From NCBI GenBank assembly GCA_965649295.1, contig CBFGKH010000002.1, positions 32,001 to 96,000 on the forward strand: DNA of 64,000 bases, read 5' to 3'. Shown here one piece after another: positions 19,289-29,244 of the stretch; position 1 is the first letter of the stretch, and each line of letters opens with the position of its first letter. The notes under the pieces are model-generated. The model worked only from the letters and a program-made list of their open reading frames with translations, was not told the origin of the DNA and made no database searches. The translations under genes were made by a program, and so were the position numbers. The stretch is from a candidate division WOR-3 bacterium (lineage in GTDB: Bacteria > Hydrothermota > Tepidihabitantia > Tepidihabitantales > Tepidihabitantaceae).

Positions 19289-20962
19289 ATGAGTGACGAC
19301 CAGTTGCGGGAGCACATCGCCAAGTGGCGCCGGGAGGTGCGGGACCCGGCCTTGGCCAAAGCGCCGGAGCGCAAGCCCAAGTTTGAGACCGTGTCGGGGA
19401 TTCCGCTGCCCGATGTGGCCACGCCGCTTGACAATACCGGTTTTGACTATTGCGCCGACGCGGCCATGCCGGGTGAGTTTCCGTTCACGCGTGGGGTGCA
19501 GCCAACGATGTATCGCTCGCGGCTCTGGACGATGCGCCAGTATGCCGGTTTCGGTTCGGCTGAGGAGACGAATAGGCGGTTTCGCTATCTGCTAGCACAG
19601 GGTCAGACCGGACTGTCGGTTGCCTTCGACCTTCCCACCCAGCTTGGCTACGACTCTGACCATCCGCTGGCCCGGGCTGAAGTCGGTCGCGTCGGGGTGG
19701 CAATTTCGTCGCTTGACGATATGGCCGTACTCTTTGCTGGTATTCCGCTCGACCAGGTGTCGGTCTCGATGACAATCAACTCGACCGCTGCGACTCTGCT
19801 GGCGATGTACTGCGTGCTCGCCGAGCAGCAGGGCGTACCCTTGGCAAAGCTGCAGGGTACGATTCAGAACGATATCCTGAAGGAATACGTCGCGCGCGGG
19901 ACCTACATCTATCCGCCGCGGCCGTCCTTGCGGCTGGTGACTGATATCATCGCCTGGTGCGCGGAGAACGTGCCGCGCTGGAATCCGATCAGTGTCTCCG
20001 GCTATCACCTGCGTGAGGCCGGCTGCACCGCAGTCCAGGAGGTTGCGTTCACCATCGCCAACGGGCTGGAATATGTCAAGGCGGCAGTGAGCGCCGGACT
20101 CGATGTCAACCGTTTTGCTCCCCGGCTTTCGTTTTTCTTCGCGGCCCACTCGGAGCTGTTCGAAGAGGTTGCCAAGTTCCGGGCGGCTCGGCGGCTCTGG
20201 GCCAGATTGCTGCGCGAGCGCTGGAACGCATCTGATGACGCCTGCCGGCTTCGGTTCCACACCCAGACCGGTGGCGTGACGCTCACAGCCCAGCAGCCGG
20301 ACAACAATGTCGTCCGGGTGGCCTATCAGGCGCTGGCCGCAGTGCTCGGCGGCACGCAGAGCCTGCACACCAATGCGCGGGATGAGGCGTTGGCCCTGCC
20401 CACCGCTGAGTCGGCGCTGATCGCCCTGCGCACGCAGCAGATTCTCGGCCACGAGACCGGCGTGGCGGACACGGTTGACCCGCTGGCGGGTTCGTATCTG
20501 GTGGAGCGGCTGACAACCGAGATTGAGCTCCGTAGCCGCGAGCTGATTCGGAAGGTGGAGTCGCTGGGCGGGGCAGTTGCCGCTGTTGAGCAGGGCTGGA
20601 TCGAGCAGGAGATTGCTGAGAGCGCCTACCGCTATCAGCAGCAGGTCGAGCGGGGGGAGAGGATTATTGTTGGTGTGAACAAATACGGCGGGGATGCCGC
20701 GGCCGAGGGCCGGCTGGAGCTACTGAAGGTTGATGCGGCGCTGGGAGAGCGGCGGATTGAGTTGCTGCGGCAGTTTCGGGCGAGCCGCGACAACTCCCGG
20801 CTGCAAGCGGCACTGGCCGAACTGCAAAAGGCGGCCGGCGGTTCGGCGAACCTGATGCCACCGACAATTGCTGCGGTCCGGGCCGGGGCAACGGTCGGCG
20901 AGATTGCCGACGCGCTCCGGCAAGTGTTTGGAGTCCATACTGCGGGAGGTAGCCGTGGTTAG
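19289..20962 (+). CDS. Methylmalonyl-CoA mutase, substrate-binding (large) subunit
   Basis: WTMRQYAGF (Tyr), [13 protein letters not shown] (Gln, Arg), GGTQSLHTN. No fused B12-binding domain. Confidence 0.93.
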   Translation: MSDDQLREHIAKWRREVRDPALAKAPERKPKFETVSGIPLPDVATPLDNTGFDYCADAAMPGEFPFTRGVQPTMYRSRLWTMRQYAGFGSAEETNRRFRYLLAQGQTGLSVAFDLPTQLGYDSDHPLARAEVGRVGVAISSLDDMAVLFAGIPLDQVSVSMTINSTAATLLAMYCVLAEQQGVPLAKLQGTIQNDILKEYVARGTYIYPPRPSLRLVTDIIAWCAENVPRWNPISVSGYHLREAGCTAVQEVAFTIANGLEYVKAAVSAGLDVNRFAPRLSFFFAAHSELFEEVAKFRAARRLWARLLRERWNASDDACRLRFHTQTGGVTLTAQQPDNNVVRVAYQALAAVLGGTQSLHTNARDEALALPTAESALIALRTQQILGHETGVADTVDPLAGSYLVERLTTEIELRSRELIRKVESLGGAVAAVEQGWIEQEIAESAYRYQQQVERGERIIVGVNKYGGDAAAEGRLELLKVDAALGERRIELLRQFRASRDNSRLQAALAELQKAAGGSANLMPPTIAAVRAGATVGEIADALRQVFGVHTAGGSRG

Positions 20963-21368
20963 GCGCGTTGCCCACATTGGCATCGCGGTTCAGAGTATTG
21001 ATGAGGCCGCGAAGTTCTATGCGCAGCTCGGCCTTTTGGTCAGCCACCGCGAGTCGGTGCCGAGCCAGAAGGTAACAGTTGGTTTCATTCCAGTAGGCGA
21101 TACCTGCATCGAATTGATTCAGCCGGAGGCCGACGACGCGCCGATTGCGAAGTTTCTTGCCAGCCGGGGCCCGGGCCTGCATCACATCTGCTTTGAGGTC
21201 GAGGATATCGATTCGACCCACGCCGGACTCACCGCCGCCGGCGCGCGGCTCATTGACAAGTCTCCGCGGCTGGGCGCGCACAACACCCGGGTGGCGTTTG
21301 TCCACCCCGAGTCGGCTACTGGCGTGCTGGTCGAGCTGAGTCAGCCGGCTGACCGGCACCTAGACTGA
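20955..21368 (+). CDS. mce: Methylmalonyl-CoA epimerase
   Basis: [38 protein letters not shown] before GTG 20955. Confidence 0.92.
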   Translation: MVRRVAHIGIAVQSIDEAAKFYAQLGLLVSHRESVPSQKVTVGFIPVGDTCIELIQPEADDAPIAKFLASRGPGLHHICFEVEDIDSTHAGLTAAGARLIDKSPRLGAHNTRVAFVHPESATGVLVELSQPADRHLD

Positions 21369-21710
21369 CGGCACCGGGTCAAGGAACGTTTGGAACTCGA
21401 TCGTGCGGTCTTCGGGGTCCTCGGCAAAGAAGTGGTAGATGCGGTATTTGTTGTTCTGCTGCGGGCTGGTCGCTCCTGCAGGGCGGAACTTTTCGTACAT
21501 TTGGTCAACATCGGCACGAGTCGGGTAGTAGAAGGTGATGATGCCGCCGGTATCAGCGGTATCGCGCTGGCAGAACCCGACGAGCAGGTTGCCGTGTTGC
21601 AGAATCGTGCAATCGGCCTGTTCGAGCCAGACGTTCATTCCCACCTGTTCGCAGTAGAACCGCACGACGTCGGCCAGTCGCTTTGTTTTGAGAAAGACGA
21701 TACCGGCCAT
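21360..21710 (-). CDS. VOC/glyoxalase family protein
   Basis: FY...GM pattern and FFAEDPEDRTIEFQ. Confidence 0.8.
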   Translation of the reverse strand: MAGIVFLKTKRLADVVRFYCEQVGMNVWLEQADCTILQHGNLLVGFCQRDTADTGGIITFYYPTRADVDQMYEKFRPAGATSPQQNNKYRIYHFFAEDPEDRTIEFQTFLDPVPSV

Positions 21711-21714
21711 AGGC

Positions 21715-23175
21715 CTACTGCTGGCTAACGGGCGGTTTCGTTCCGAAGGCCTTGTCGAGCAAGGCCCGGTCCGGCGGCCGCGTGAACAGGCTGACGACGA
21801 TGAGGACGAGCAGGGAAACGCTGATGCCGGGGATGAATCCGTGCAGGCCGCCCGGATTCCGCAATGCCATCCAGACCAAGGCGGTGATGCTGCCGCTCAG
21901 CATCGCGGCCACCACGCCGGCCCGGGTTGTCCGGCGCCAGTAGAGACCGAAGAGATAGGGCCAGAGGGTTGTCGAGGCAATCACCGCCCAGGCAAACCCG
22001 GTGATGACGAGTATCATTGCCGGTGGTTTGAGCGCAACCAGGACCGCGGCCAGGCCGATGACTGCCGAGGCAGCACGCGAGAGAGCGACTTCGGTACGGG
22101 CCGACATCCCCATTCCCAGGCTCTCCTGCAAGAGGTCTTTGATGAGCGCGCTGACCGAGACGATAAGCACCGCCGCAAATGTGGACATGCCGGCGGCAAT
22201 GACACCGGCAAGAAAGAGGGCCGATGCCCAGGCCGGCATTACGGTCTTGACGAGCATCGGAATTGCTTTGTCGGCAGCGGCGAGGTCGGGAAAGAGCACC
22301 CGTGCCAGCGCACCCGAGAAGTAGGGCAAAAGCGCCATCGTTGCGCCGACGGTCGCGACAACCGTGCCCAGCCGCAGGACCCGAACGCTCTTGATCGAGT
22401 AGAACCGGGTCAGCAGTTGCGGCATGCCCCAGACCCCAAGCGAGACAATCAGTGAGTAGGAGACCAGCCCGGGCCAGCCCCAGATGCCCGGGGTTGCCAG
22501 GTAGCTGCCGTCGGCGAACTGGCCGAGCCGGCTGAACGCGGTGCTAAGCCCGCCGATGCGAAGGGTTGTTAGCGCCGCCAGCAGCACCAAGCCGACAATC
22601 ATAATTATGCCCTGAGCAAATCCGGTCCAAACCACCGCTACATAGCCACCCAGGGCAACATAGACGACGATTATCAGGGCGGAGATGAGCACGCCCCAGA
22701 CATAGGGCAGTCCGACCAGCACTCCGAAGGCGTGGCCCATTCCTTGAATTACCGAGACGCTGTAGATGACCAGAAAGACCGTGACAACGGTTGCCGAGAT
22801 TAGCCTTGCTGCTGGCGAGCCGAATCGTCGGGCAAAGAAACCGGGCATCGTCAGCGATTCCAGCCGGGAGGTCATCGTCCGCGTCCGAGCGCCGAGCACA
22901 ATCCAAGCGAGCAGGGTGCCGACAAGCACATTCGTGGCACCAACCCAAAGAGTCGCCAGGCCGTATTTGTAGCCGAAGCCACCGCCGCCGATGATGACGA
23001 CCGAACTGAAATAGGCGGCTACAAAAGAGAACGCCGTGACCCACGGGCCGATTGACCGGCCGCCCAAATGAAAACCGTCAGCCGAACGAGCCTGCTGCCG
23101 TGACAGTAGGCCAATGACAAAGAGCAAGGCCAAATACAGTCCCAGCACCAGAACATGGATGGCGGTTGCGCTCAT
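21715..23175 (-). CDS. Sodium:solute symporter (PutP/PanF family)
   Basis: About 13 TM segments; LGGRSIGPWVTAFS, GGYVAVVWT, GMPQLLTRF, AAGMST. Confidence 0.92.
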   Translation of the reverse strand: MSATAIHVLVLGLYLALLFVIGLLSRQQARSADGFHLGGRSIGPWVTAFSFVAAYFSSVVIIGGGGFGYKYGLATLWVGATNVLVGTLLAWIVLGARTRTMTSRLESLTMPGFFARRFGSPAARLISATVVTVFLVIYSVSVIQGMGHAFGVLVGLPYVWGVLISALIIVVYVALGGYVAVVWTGFAQGIIMIVGLVLLAALTTLRIGGLSTAFSRLGQFADGSYLATPGIWGWPGLVSYSLIVSLGVWGMPQLLTRFYSIKSVRVLRLGTVVATVGATMALLPYFSGALARVLFPDLAAADKAIPMLVKTVMPAWASALFLAGVIAAGMSTFAAVLIVSVSALIKDLLQESLGMGMSARTEVALSRAASAVIGLAAVLVALKPPAMILVITGFAWAVIASTTLWPYLFGLYWRRTTRAGVVAAMLSGSITALVWMALRNPGGLHGFIPGISVSLLVLIVVSLFTRPPDRALLDKAFGTKPPVSQQ

Positions 23176-23178
23176 ATG

Positions 23179-23289
23179 TCAGTCCTTGAGTTTGGCGAAG
23201 AGCGCCCAGATAAGCGCCGCGATAATCGCAGCCAGTGCCACGAGCAAGGCGGCGAATGTCAGCCAGGGCAATCCAAGCGGACCGGTCAT
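23179..23289 (-). CDS. Small (36 aa) single-TM symporter accessory protein, absent from the ORF track
   Basis: MTGPLGLPWLTFAALLVALAAIIAALIWALFAKLKD; stops 3 nt before the symporter ATG. Promoter TTGACA-16-TAGCAT lies 6 nt upstream. Confidence 0.75.
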   Translation of the reverse strand: MTGPLGLPWLTFAALLVALAAIIAALIWALFAKLKD

Positions 23290-23385
23290 GCGGCAATGCT
23301 AATCGGCGCTGAGTCGGTGTCAAACCGTCACCGGGGTAAGCCCGGCTTGACAAACTCAGGTTGTCCGGCGAGAGTTTAGGCGCCG

Positions 23386-24987
23386 ATGAACGGAGCTGTT
23401 CCCCGACTGACCCGTGACCGTCGCAACTGGCTGATTGCGCTGGTTGTGCTGGGGATCGCGCTGGGCTACTCGACGCTCGTTCACCTTTCCTGCCCGGTCT
23501 ATCCTGAGGACGATGCGTTCATTATCTACCGCTATGTCGAGAACATCGTTGCCGGTCACGGCCCGGTGTACAATGTCGGCCAGCGGGTTTTTGGAGCTTC
23601 GTGTCCTTTGTATGTTGCCGGTCTCGCTCTTGCGAAACTGGTGTTACGGAGCGTACCGACACCGAACTTAGCGGTTCGCCTCAATTTCTTGCCCTGGCTA
23701 TTGGTCGGCGTCGGCCTGTTTTTGCTCCTGCGCCGACTGCTTGAGCAGGACCTAGTGGCAGCGCTGTTCGCTGCTTTCTTTTTGGTGCGCGATGACTTGC
23801 TGCGAATCTCAACCGGCGGGATGGAGTCGTCGTTCTTTGCCGCCCTGCTTGTTTGGGCGCTCTGGGCCCTGGTTCGGCACCGGTTCAGGCTGGCAGCTTG
23901 GCTGGCTGGCATCTCTGTGCTGGTGCGGCTAGAGGGCGTGCTGCTCTTGCTCGTTGTCTTCGGTGCGTGGCTTGTGCTCGACCGGCAGCGGCCGCTTGGA
24001 GTTCTACTCGGCCTGCTGTTGCCGGGTTTGGCCTGGACTGTCTTCGGCTTCGCCTACTACGGCACGCCGGTCTATCATTCCATCATCGCCAAGGCCAAGC
24101 CACTCTATCCGCTGCCGCCAGCACACGCCTTTCTCGCCATCCTGCGGGAGTTCGATGCCCGGATACTCGGCAACCTCCAGCCGTATAAGGCTGACGGTAT
24201 GCCGGTGGTCTGGCGCTTCACCGCCAAGACCGCGGTGCTTATCCTCCTGACCGGCGTCGGTCTCTGGGGTCAGCTTCGCCTGCTCTTTCGCTGTCCGGCC
24301 ACCGCCCGAGGTATCGTCGTCTTGACAGCAGTGCCGCTGCTGCTTCTGCTCTTGCTCATTTTCTATCTTGCCAGCAATCCGCTCCTCTTTCCTTGGTACC
24401 TGCCGCCGCTCTATCTACTCTGGTTCATCGTTGTGGCCGGTGGGGGTCACAGCACCGCCCAACCGCGGGCGCGGCGGTTGCTCGTGTCGGTGCTCGGCAT
24501 CTTCTTTGCGGTCGTTACCTTGCGTCAGCCGCTGGAGCGGACTTTGACCGGCCGAAGCTTTATTGACATCGGCATCACCCAAGACCCGGTGCGCACCCGC
24601 ATCGAGGCCTATCGCGAGGCGGCAGAGTGGCTCAACCGCGTCCTGCCGAGCGGTACGCCGGTGCTGGCTGCCGAGATCGGTTCGTTTGGCTATTACTACC
24701 AAGGGCCGGTGATTGATGGCTGCGGTCTTGTAACTCCGGAGGCGCTGCCCTATATGCCGGTGCCGCTGTCCGAGCGCTACTCAGCCGAGTGCGGCACAAT
24801 ACCGCTGGAGTTTGTCAAGGCGACGATGCCGGATGTCATCTGCACGATGGCGACATTTGCGGGGCTGAGTCTTTTTGACGATGACTGGTTCAAGCTGAAC
24901 TACCAATGGGTCAGGGCGTTCAATCTGCCTAAGCCGGCTTGGAATACACCGGCGGTTGACGTCTATATCCGTCGCGACCATCTCTAG
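23386..24987 (+). CDS. GT-C fold integral membrane glycosyltransferase
   Basis: EDDAFIIYRY..N...GHGPVYN, GME and RLEG motifs; many TM segments. Confidence 0.78.
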   Translation: MNGAVPRLTRDRRNWLIALVVLGIALGYSTLVHLSCPVYPEDDAFIIYRYVENIVAGHGPVYNVGQRVFGASCPLYVAGLALAKLVLRSVPTPNLAVRLNFLPWLLVGVGLFLLLRRLLEQDLVAALFAAFFLVRDDLLRISTGGMESSFFAALLVWALWALVRHRFRLAAWLAGISVLVRLEGVLLLLVVFGAWLVLDRQRPLGVLLGLLLPGLAWTVFGFAYYGTPVYHSIIAKAKPLYPLPPAHAFLAILREFDARILGNLQPYKADGMPVVWRFTAKTAVLILLTGVGLWGQLRLLFRCPATARGIVVLTAVPLLLLLLLIFYLASNPLLFPWYLPPLYLLWFIVVAGGGHSTAQPRARRLLVSVLGIFFAVVTLRQPLERTLTGRSFIDIGITQDPVRTRIEAYREAAEWLNRVLPSGTPVLAAEIGSFGYYYQGPVIDGCGLVTPEALPYMPVPLSERYSAECGTIPLEFVKATMPDVICTMATFAGLSLFDDDWFKLNYQWVRAFNLPKPAWNTPAVDVYIRRDHL

Positions 24988-24989
24988 CC

Positions 24990-26606
24990 TTGCGCCACTT
25001 TCGTCACCCGTCGTTTCTGCTGGTCGTCATTGCCACGCTCGTATTCGGCTCAGTCTCGCTTATCTTTCCATTCGGCCGCGACCAGGGTATCCATGCTTTC
25101 ATCGCCGATGCGGCACTGCATGGTCGGGTCGTCTATCGCGACGTCTTCAATGTCAAACCGCCGCTGACCACCCTCGTCCATGCGCTCGCATTGCTCCTTT
25201 TCGGCCATTCCATGACCAGCATCCGTCTGCTCGACCTGTTCTGGACCCTTGCTACCGCCCTCGTGCTGGCCGCTCTTGCGGCCCGAATTTTTGGCAACCG
25301 CTGGGTGGGAGCTGTTGCCGGCGCACTCTATCCCTTGCTCTACTATCCGTTCGGGTACTGGCATACCGCCCAGACTGATGGCTGGCTCAACCTGCCGCTT
25401 GCTGCCGCCTTGCTGCTCATCTTACAGTTTGAGAGTCGCGGTCTGCAATCGGCCACCTTTCCGCGGGCCCGGCTCTTCTTCTGGCCCGGCTTGTTCATTG
25501 CTCTGGCCACGCTACTCAAGTACACTGCCGCCATTGCTCTGCCGCTGCTTGCTATTATCTTCGTTCTGCCATTCGTCGCCCGCGGCCTCCGGTTCTCCTT
25601 CCGGCTTCGCCTTATCCTCTGGCTCGGCCTTGGTTTTGCCACCGGCATTGCCGCTTGCGGCCTACTGTTGCTCGCCACTGGCGCACTGCCGGCATTTATC
25701 CAGAGCCAGTTCGGCCTGATGCCCGCCTATGTCGCGCTCGGTCCAACCGAGTCACTCTTTCGCCGGTTCTCGCAACAGCTATTGACGACACCATGCCTGC
25801 GCAATGTCGGCATCGTCGGTTTGATAGGTATCATTGCGACTTTCGTCTTCTTTCTGCTCCGGCACCGCTCTCCGTTCAGCGCGCAGACTACGGGCTTCTC
25901 CTTTCAGTTGGCGATAGTCATCGGCTGGTTTGTTACTGCCCTAGTTTCGGTTTTTGCCCAGGCCAAGTTCTTTGAGTATCACTACCTGCCATTGCTCGGC
26001 GTCGTGGCGGTGTTGGGGGCCGGAGTCGTTGCGCTCTTTTTACCGTGGCTGCGGCGATTGCCAGTCGTCGTCAATCTCGGCCTCGGACTGGTGCTGGCGG
26101 CTGGCGCTGCACTGGCTACTGGGTATGGGCCGCGGTTCGCCAATCTGGCCCAGGTTGCGGGCGGCCAGGTTTCGTTGCGCCAGTATTGGGATTCAGGCCG
26201 GCATGACTCGGGCAGCGATTTCAGCTTGCGTGAGGACCTAGCGCTGGCTGACTACATTGCCGCTAATACTGATCCGACCGACCGCATCTTCATCTGGGGC
26301 TATGAGCCGCTTGTCTATTTTGTCGCGCGGCGCTGGCCGGTATCGCGGTTCATCTACAATTTCCCGCTGGTGGTGAGTTGGCGAACTGCCGATTTCCGCA
26401 GCGAGCTTGTGGCGGCGCTAGCGGCGACACCACCACGGCTGATGGTGGTGGCGCACGGCGATGCCACGCCCTGGGTGATGGGGCACGACAAGGATTCTTA
26501 CGCGAGCCTGCTCGAGTTTCCGGAGTTACTCGACTTCATCCGGAACAACTACTTCTTTGCGACGAGCGTCGAGCGGTTTGACATCCTCTTCCGCGCCGGC
26601 AATTGA
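24990..26606 (+). CDS. GT-C (ArnT/GT39-like) membrane glycosyltransferase
   Basis: RDQG, YRDVFNVKPP, many TM segments, soluble C-terminal domain. Confidence 0.78.
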   Translation: MRHFRHPSFLLVVIATLVFGSVSLIFPFGRDQGIHAFIADAALHGRVVYRDVFNVKPPLTTLVHALALLLFGHSMTSIRLLDLFWTLATALVLAALAARIFGNRWVGAVAGALYPLLYYPFGYWHTAQTDGWLNLPLAAALLLILQFESRGLQSATFPRARLFFWPGLFIALATLLKYTAAIALPLLAIIFVLPFVARGLRFSFRLRLILWLGLGFATGIAACGLLLLATGALPAFIQSQFGLMPAYVALGPTESLFRRFSQQLLTTPCLRNVGIVGLIGIIATFVFFLLRHRSPFSAQTTGFSFQLAIVIGWFVTALVSVFAQAKFFEYHYLPLLGVVAVLGAGVVALFLPWLRRLPVVVNLGLGLVLAAGAALATGYGPRFANLAQVAGGQVSLRQYWDSGRHDSGSDFSLREDLALADYIAANTDPTDRIFIWGYEPLVYFVARRWPVSRFIYNFPLVVSWRTADFRSELVAALAATPPRLMVVAHGDATPWVMGHDKDSYASLLEFPELLDFIRNNYFFATSVERFDILFRAGN

Positions 26607-26640
26607 CAGCCGCACGCCTCGCACCTACACTCGCACTACC

Positions 26641-27549
26641 TTGCGCTACAGCGTCGTAATCCCCGCCTTCAACGAGGCCGAGTCGGTTGCCGAGCTGCTT
26701 AGCGAACTGAAGCGGGCGCTGCCGACTGATGCCGAGTTCATCTTTGTTGACGACGGCTCTTATGACGACACCGGAACGAGACTCGACGAGCTCGCAAAGA
26801 CCGAGCCGCGCTGCCGGGTGATTCATCTGCAGCGCAACTTCGGCAAGTCAGCAGCCTATTCGGCCGGATTTGAGCAGGCCCAGGGCGACATCGTTATCAC
26901 GCTCGACGCCGACCTGCAGGACGACCCGGCTGAGTTGCCCAAGCTGCTGGCCCGGCTTGATGAAGGCTATGACCTGGTAGTCGGCTGGAAGCTCGGCCGG
27001 TTTGGCAATGAGCCGGGCAAGACGATGCCGTCCCGGCTCTTCAACTGGTTGGTCTATCTTCTGTTCGGACTGCGGTTGCACGATTCGAACTCTGGTTTTC
27101 GGGTAATGCGGCGGGCGGTTGCGCAGAGTCTGGAGCTTTATGGCGACCTGTATCGCTTCATTCCCGAACTTGCCCATCAGCGCGGGTTCCGAGTGACTGA
27201 GGTCGGTGTCCAGCACCGGCGCCGCAAGTATGGCCGCAGCAAGTATGGGGTCAGTCGGTTCTGGACCGGTGTCCTCGACTTGCTGACGGTGCGGTTTATC
27301 ACCGGCTTCACCCGCAAACCGCTGCACTTCTTCGGTACGCTCGGACTGGTCCCCCTACTCCTTGGCTGCGGGATCGAGCTTTATGTGCTCATCCGCAAGC
27401 TCCTTGGCGGCACGTTTCAGACGCACGTGGCTGCGATTGTCATTGGGGTGTTACTGATAACCGTGGGGATACAGCTCATCGCTACTGGTCTGGTTGGTGA
27501 GATGATTGCCGCGGCGAGTCGCAGCCGCGACTACTTTATCCGCCGTTAG
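26641..27549 (+). CDS. GT2 polyprenol-phosphate glycosyltransferase (ArnC/GtrB-like)
   Basis: VVIPAFNE, VDDGS, RNFGKS, DADLQDDP and two C-terminal TMs. TTGACA-17-TACACT promoter at 26603-26631. Confidence 0.9.
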   Translation: MRYSVVIPAFNEAESVAELLSELKRALPTDAEFIFVDDGSYDDTGTRLDELAKTEPRCRVIHLQRNFGKSAAYSAGFEQAQGDIVITLDADLQDDPAELPKLLARLDEGYDLVVGWKLGRFGNEPGKTMPSRLFNWLVYLLFGLRLHDSNSGFRVMRRAVAQSLELYGDLYRFIPELAHQRGFRVTEVGVQHRRRKYGRSKYGVSRFWTGVLDLLTVRFITGFTRKPLHFFGTLGLVPLLLGCGIELYVLIRKLLGGTFQTHVAAIVIGVLLITVGIQLIATGLVGEMIAAASRSRDYFIRR

Positions 27550-27567
27550 TCAGCTACTCATCACCTC

Positions 27568-28437
27568 ATGCGTTACGAGGGTAACATCTTCCGGCCGCCG
27601 TCCGAGGCCGATTCGCTGCTGCTGCAGGCGACAATTGGTTGCTCGCACAACCGTTGCACCTTCTGCGCGATGTACCGGGACAAACAGTTTCGAGTTCGGC
27701 CCATTAGTGAGGTGCTTGAGGACATCAGCTTGGCCCGGCAGTATTACGGCCCAGAGGTACGACGGGTATTCATCTGCGACGGTGACGCGCTGGTCCTGCC
27801 CCAGACCTATCTTGTCCAGGTGCTGGACGCGCTGGCTAAGAGTTTTCCTGACCTGCAGCGTGTCGGCATCTACGCCAATGCCCGCGACATTCTCAAGCGC
27901 ACCGATGAGGAGCTGCGCGAACTGGTCAACCGCAAGCTGACTATCTTCTACATTGGGATGGAGTCCGGCTCGGACCGCATCCTCGAACAGGTGGCGAAAG
28001 GCGCGACTGCCGCGGAGATGGTTGCGGCGGTGCAAAAGGCGATGGCGGCAGGGATGAAGTCTTCGGTCATCTACCTGCTTGGCCTTGGTGGCCGCCGGTA
28101 CTGGCAGGAGAATGCGATTGAATCGGCGCGGGCGGTATCGCAGATGAATCCAAACTACCTGTCAGCCCTGACCGTGACCGTCATTCCTGGCACTCCGCTG
28201 GCCGAGCAGTTGGTACGGGGCGAGTTTGAGCTGCCCGCACCAGAGGAGTTTGCGGCAGAACTACGGCTCTTTCTTGAACACGTTCGGGTCAAGGCGACGG
28301 TTTTCCGTTCTAATCACGCCTCAAACTACGTGCCGCTGGCTGGCCGCCTGCCCAAGGACCGGGAACGGTTGATTAGTGAGCTTGACGCCGCCATCAGTCA
28401 GCACCGCTTCCGGCCTGAATACTTGCGCGGGCTTTAG
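27568..28437 (+). CDS. Radical SAM protein of unknown function
   Basis: RPPSEA...GCSHNRCTFC, GMESGSD, FRSNHASNY. Confidence 0.88.
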   Translation: MRYEGNIFRPPSEADSLLLQATIGCSHNRCTFCAMYRDKQFRVRPISEVLEDISLARQYYGPEVRRVFICDGDALVLPQTYLVQVLDALAKSFPDLQRVGIYANARDILKRTDEELRELVNRKLTIFYIGMESGSDRILEQVAKGATAAEMVAAVQKAMAAGMKSSVIYLLGLGGRRYWQENAIESARAVSQMNPNYLSALTVTVIPGTPLAEQLVRGEFELPAPEEFAAELRLFLEHVRVKATVFRSNHASNYVPLAGRLPKDRERLISELDAAISQHRFRPEYLRGL

Positions 28438-29153
28438 GGCTTGCGCGCCACGACAAAAAGCGACATTCCGAACGGCGGCCGGAAATGACGTTCGATTGCC
28501 GCAATCAGTGGCACGAACCGGTCGAAGAGTATTGTCTGCCAGTTGGAAAGCTCGGCCCGGCCGAGCACGCGGGAGTTCAGAAACCAGCCCAAGACCGCCG
28601 GCAGGTTGCAGTATTGCGAGTGCTCAATGACAAAGCCGGCACGGGTGAGTAACTCGACTAGTTGCCCGCGGCCGTAGCGCCGATAGTGGGCGAGGTTGCG
28701 GTCGAGTGAGCCATAAAGACAGGCCATCGCCGGCACGTGAACGAGTAACCGACCGCCTGCTGCGAGCACCCGATAGAAGTTGGCAACGGCGCCGGTGTCG
28801 TCGGCGATGTGTTCGAGCACGTTGACGCAGACGACCGTATCGTAGCCGGTGCCAGCAACTTTCGGCAGGTCCGGGCTCGCCGCATCGCACTGCACGAACC
28901 GAACGTCAGGAAAGTCTATGCGCATGTGGGCAAGGTAGAGTTCAGAGATGTCAATACAGGTCAGGTTGCCGAACTCCTGCAGATAGCAGGTCAGATTGCC
29001 GATGCCGCAGCCCACTTCGAGCACTTTGCGGCCGATGTAGGGCCGGAGCAGGTCTATGACCCACTGATTGTAGTTGTGGGTCAGGGCAAATGTCTTCAGT
29101 GTTTCGCGGGCGACGTCGGCGGCCCGGCCAGCAGGGCCTTGGGGTCGGCGCAT
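28434..29153 (-). CDS. Class I SAM-dependent methyltransferase
   Basis: LEVGCGIG, NVLEHI, HYRRY. Start moved to ATG 29153, which follows a leaderless promoter. Confidence 0.88.
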   Translation of the reverse strand: MRRPQGPAGRAADVARETLKTFALTHNYNQWVIDLLRPYIGRKVLEVGCGIGNLTCYLQEFGNLTCIDISELYLAHMRIDFPDVRFVQCDAASPDLPKVAGTGYDTVVCVNVLEHIADDTGAVANFYRVLAAGGRLLVHVPAMACLYGSLDRNLAHYRRYGRGQLVELLTRAGFVIEHSQYCNLPAVLGWFLNSRVLGRAELSNWQTILFDRFVPLIAAIERHFRPPFGMSLFVVARKP

Positions 29154-29244
29154 GGTCAGAGCGTAGGCGGCCCGTCTTGGTCTGTCAAACCGACGCCGGC
29201 TGACCCCTTGACTCAAACGGGTGCTGGCCTACACTCACTGCCGA

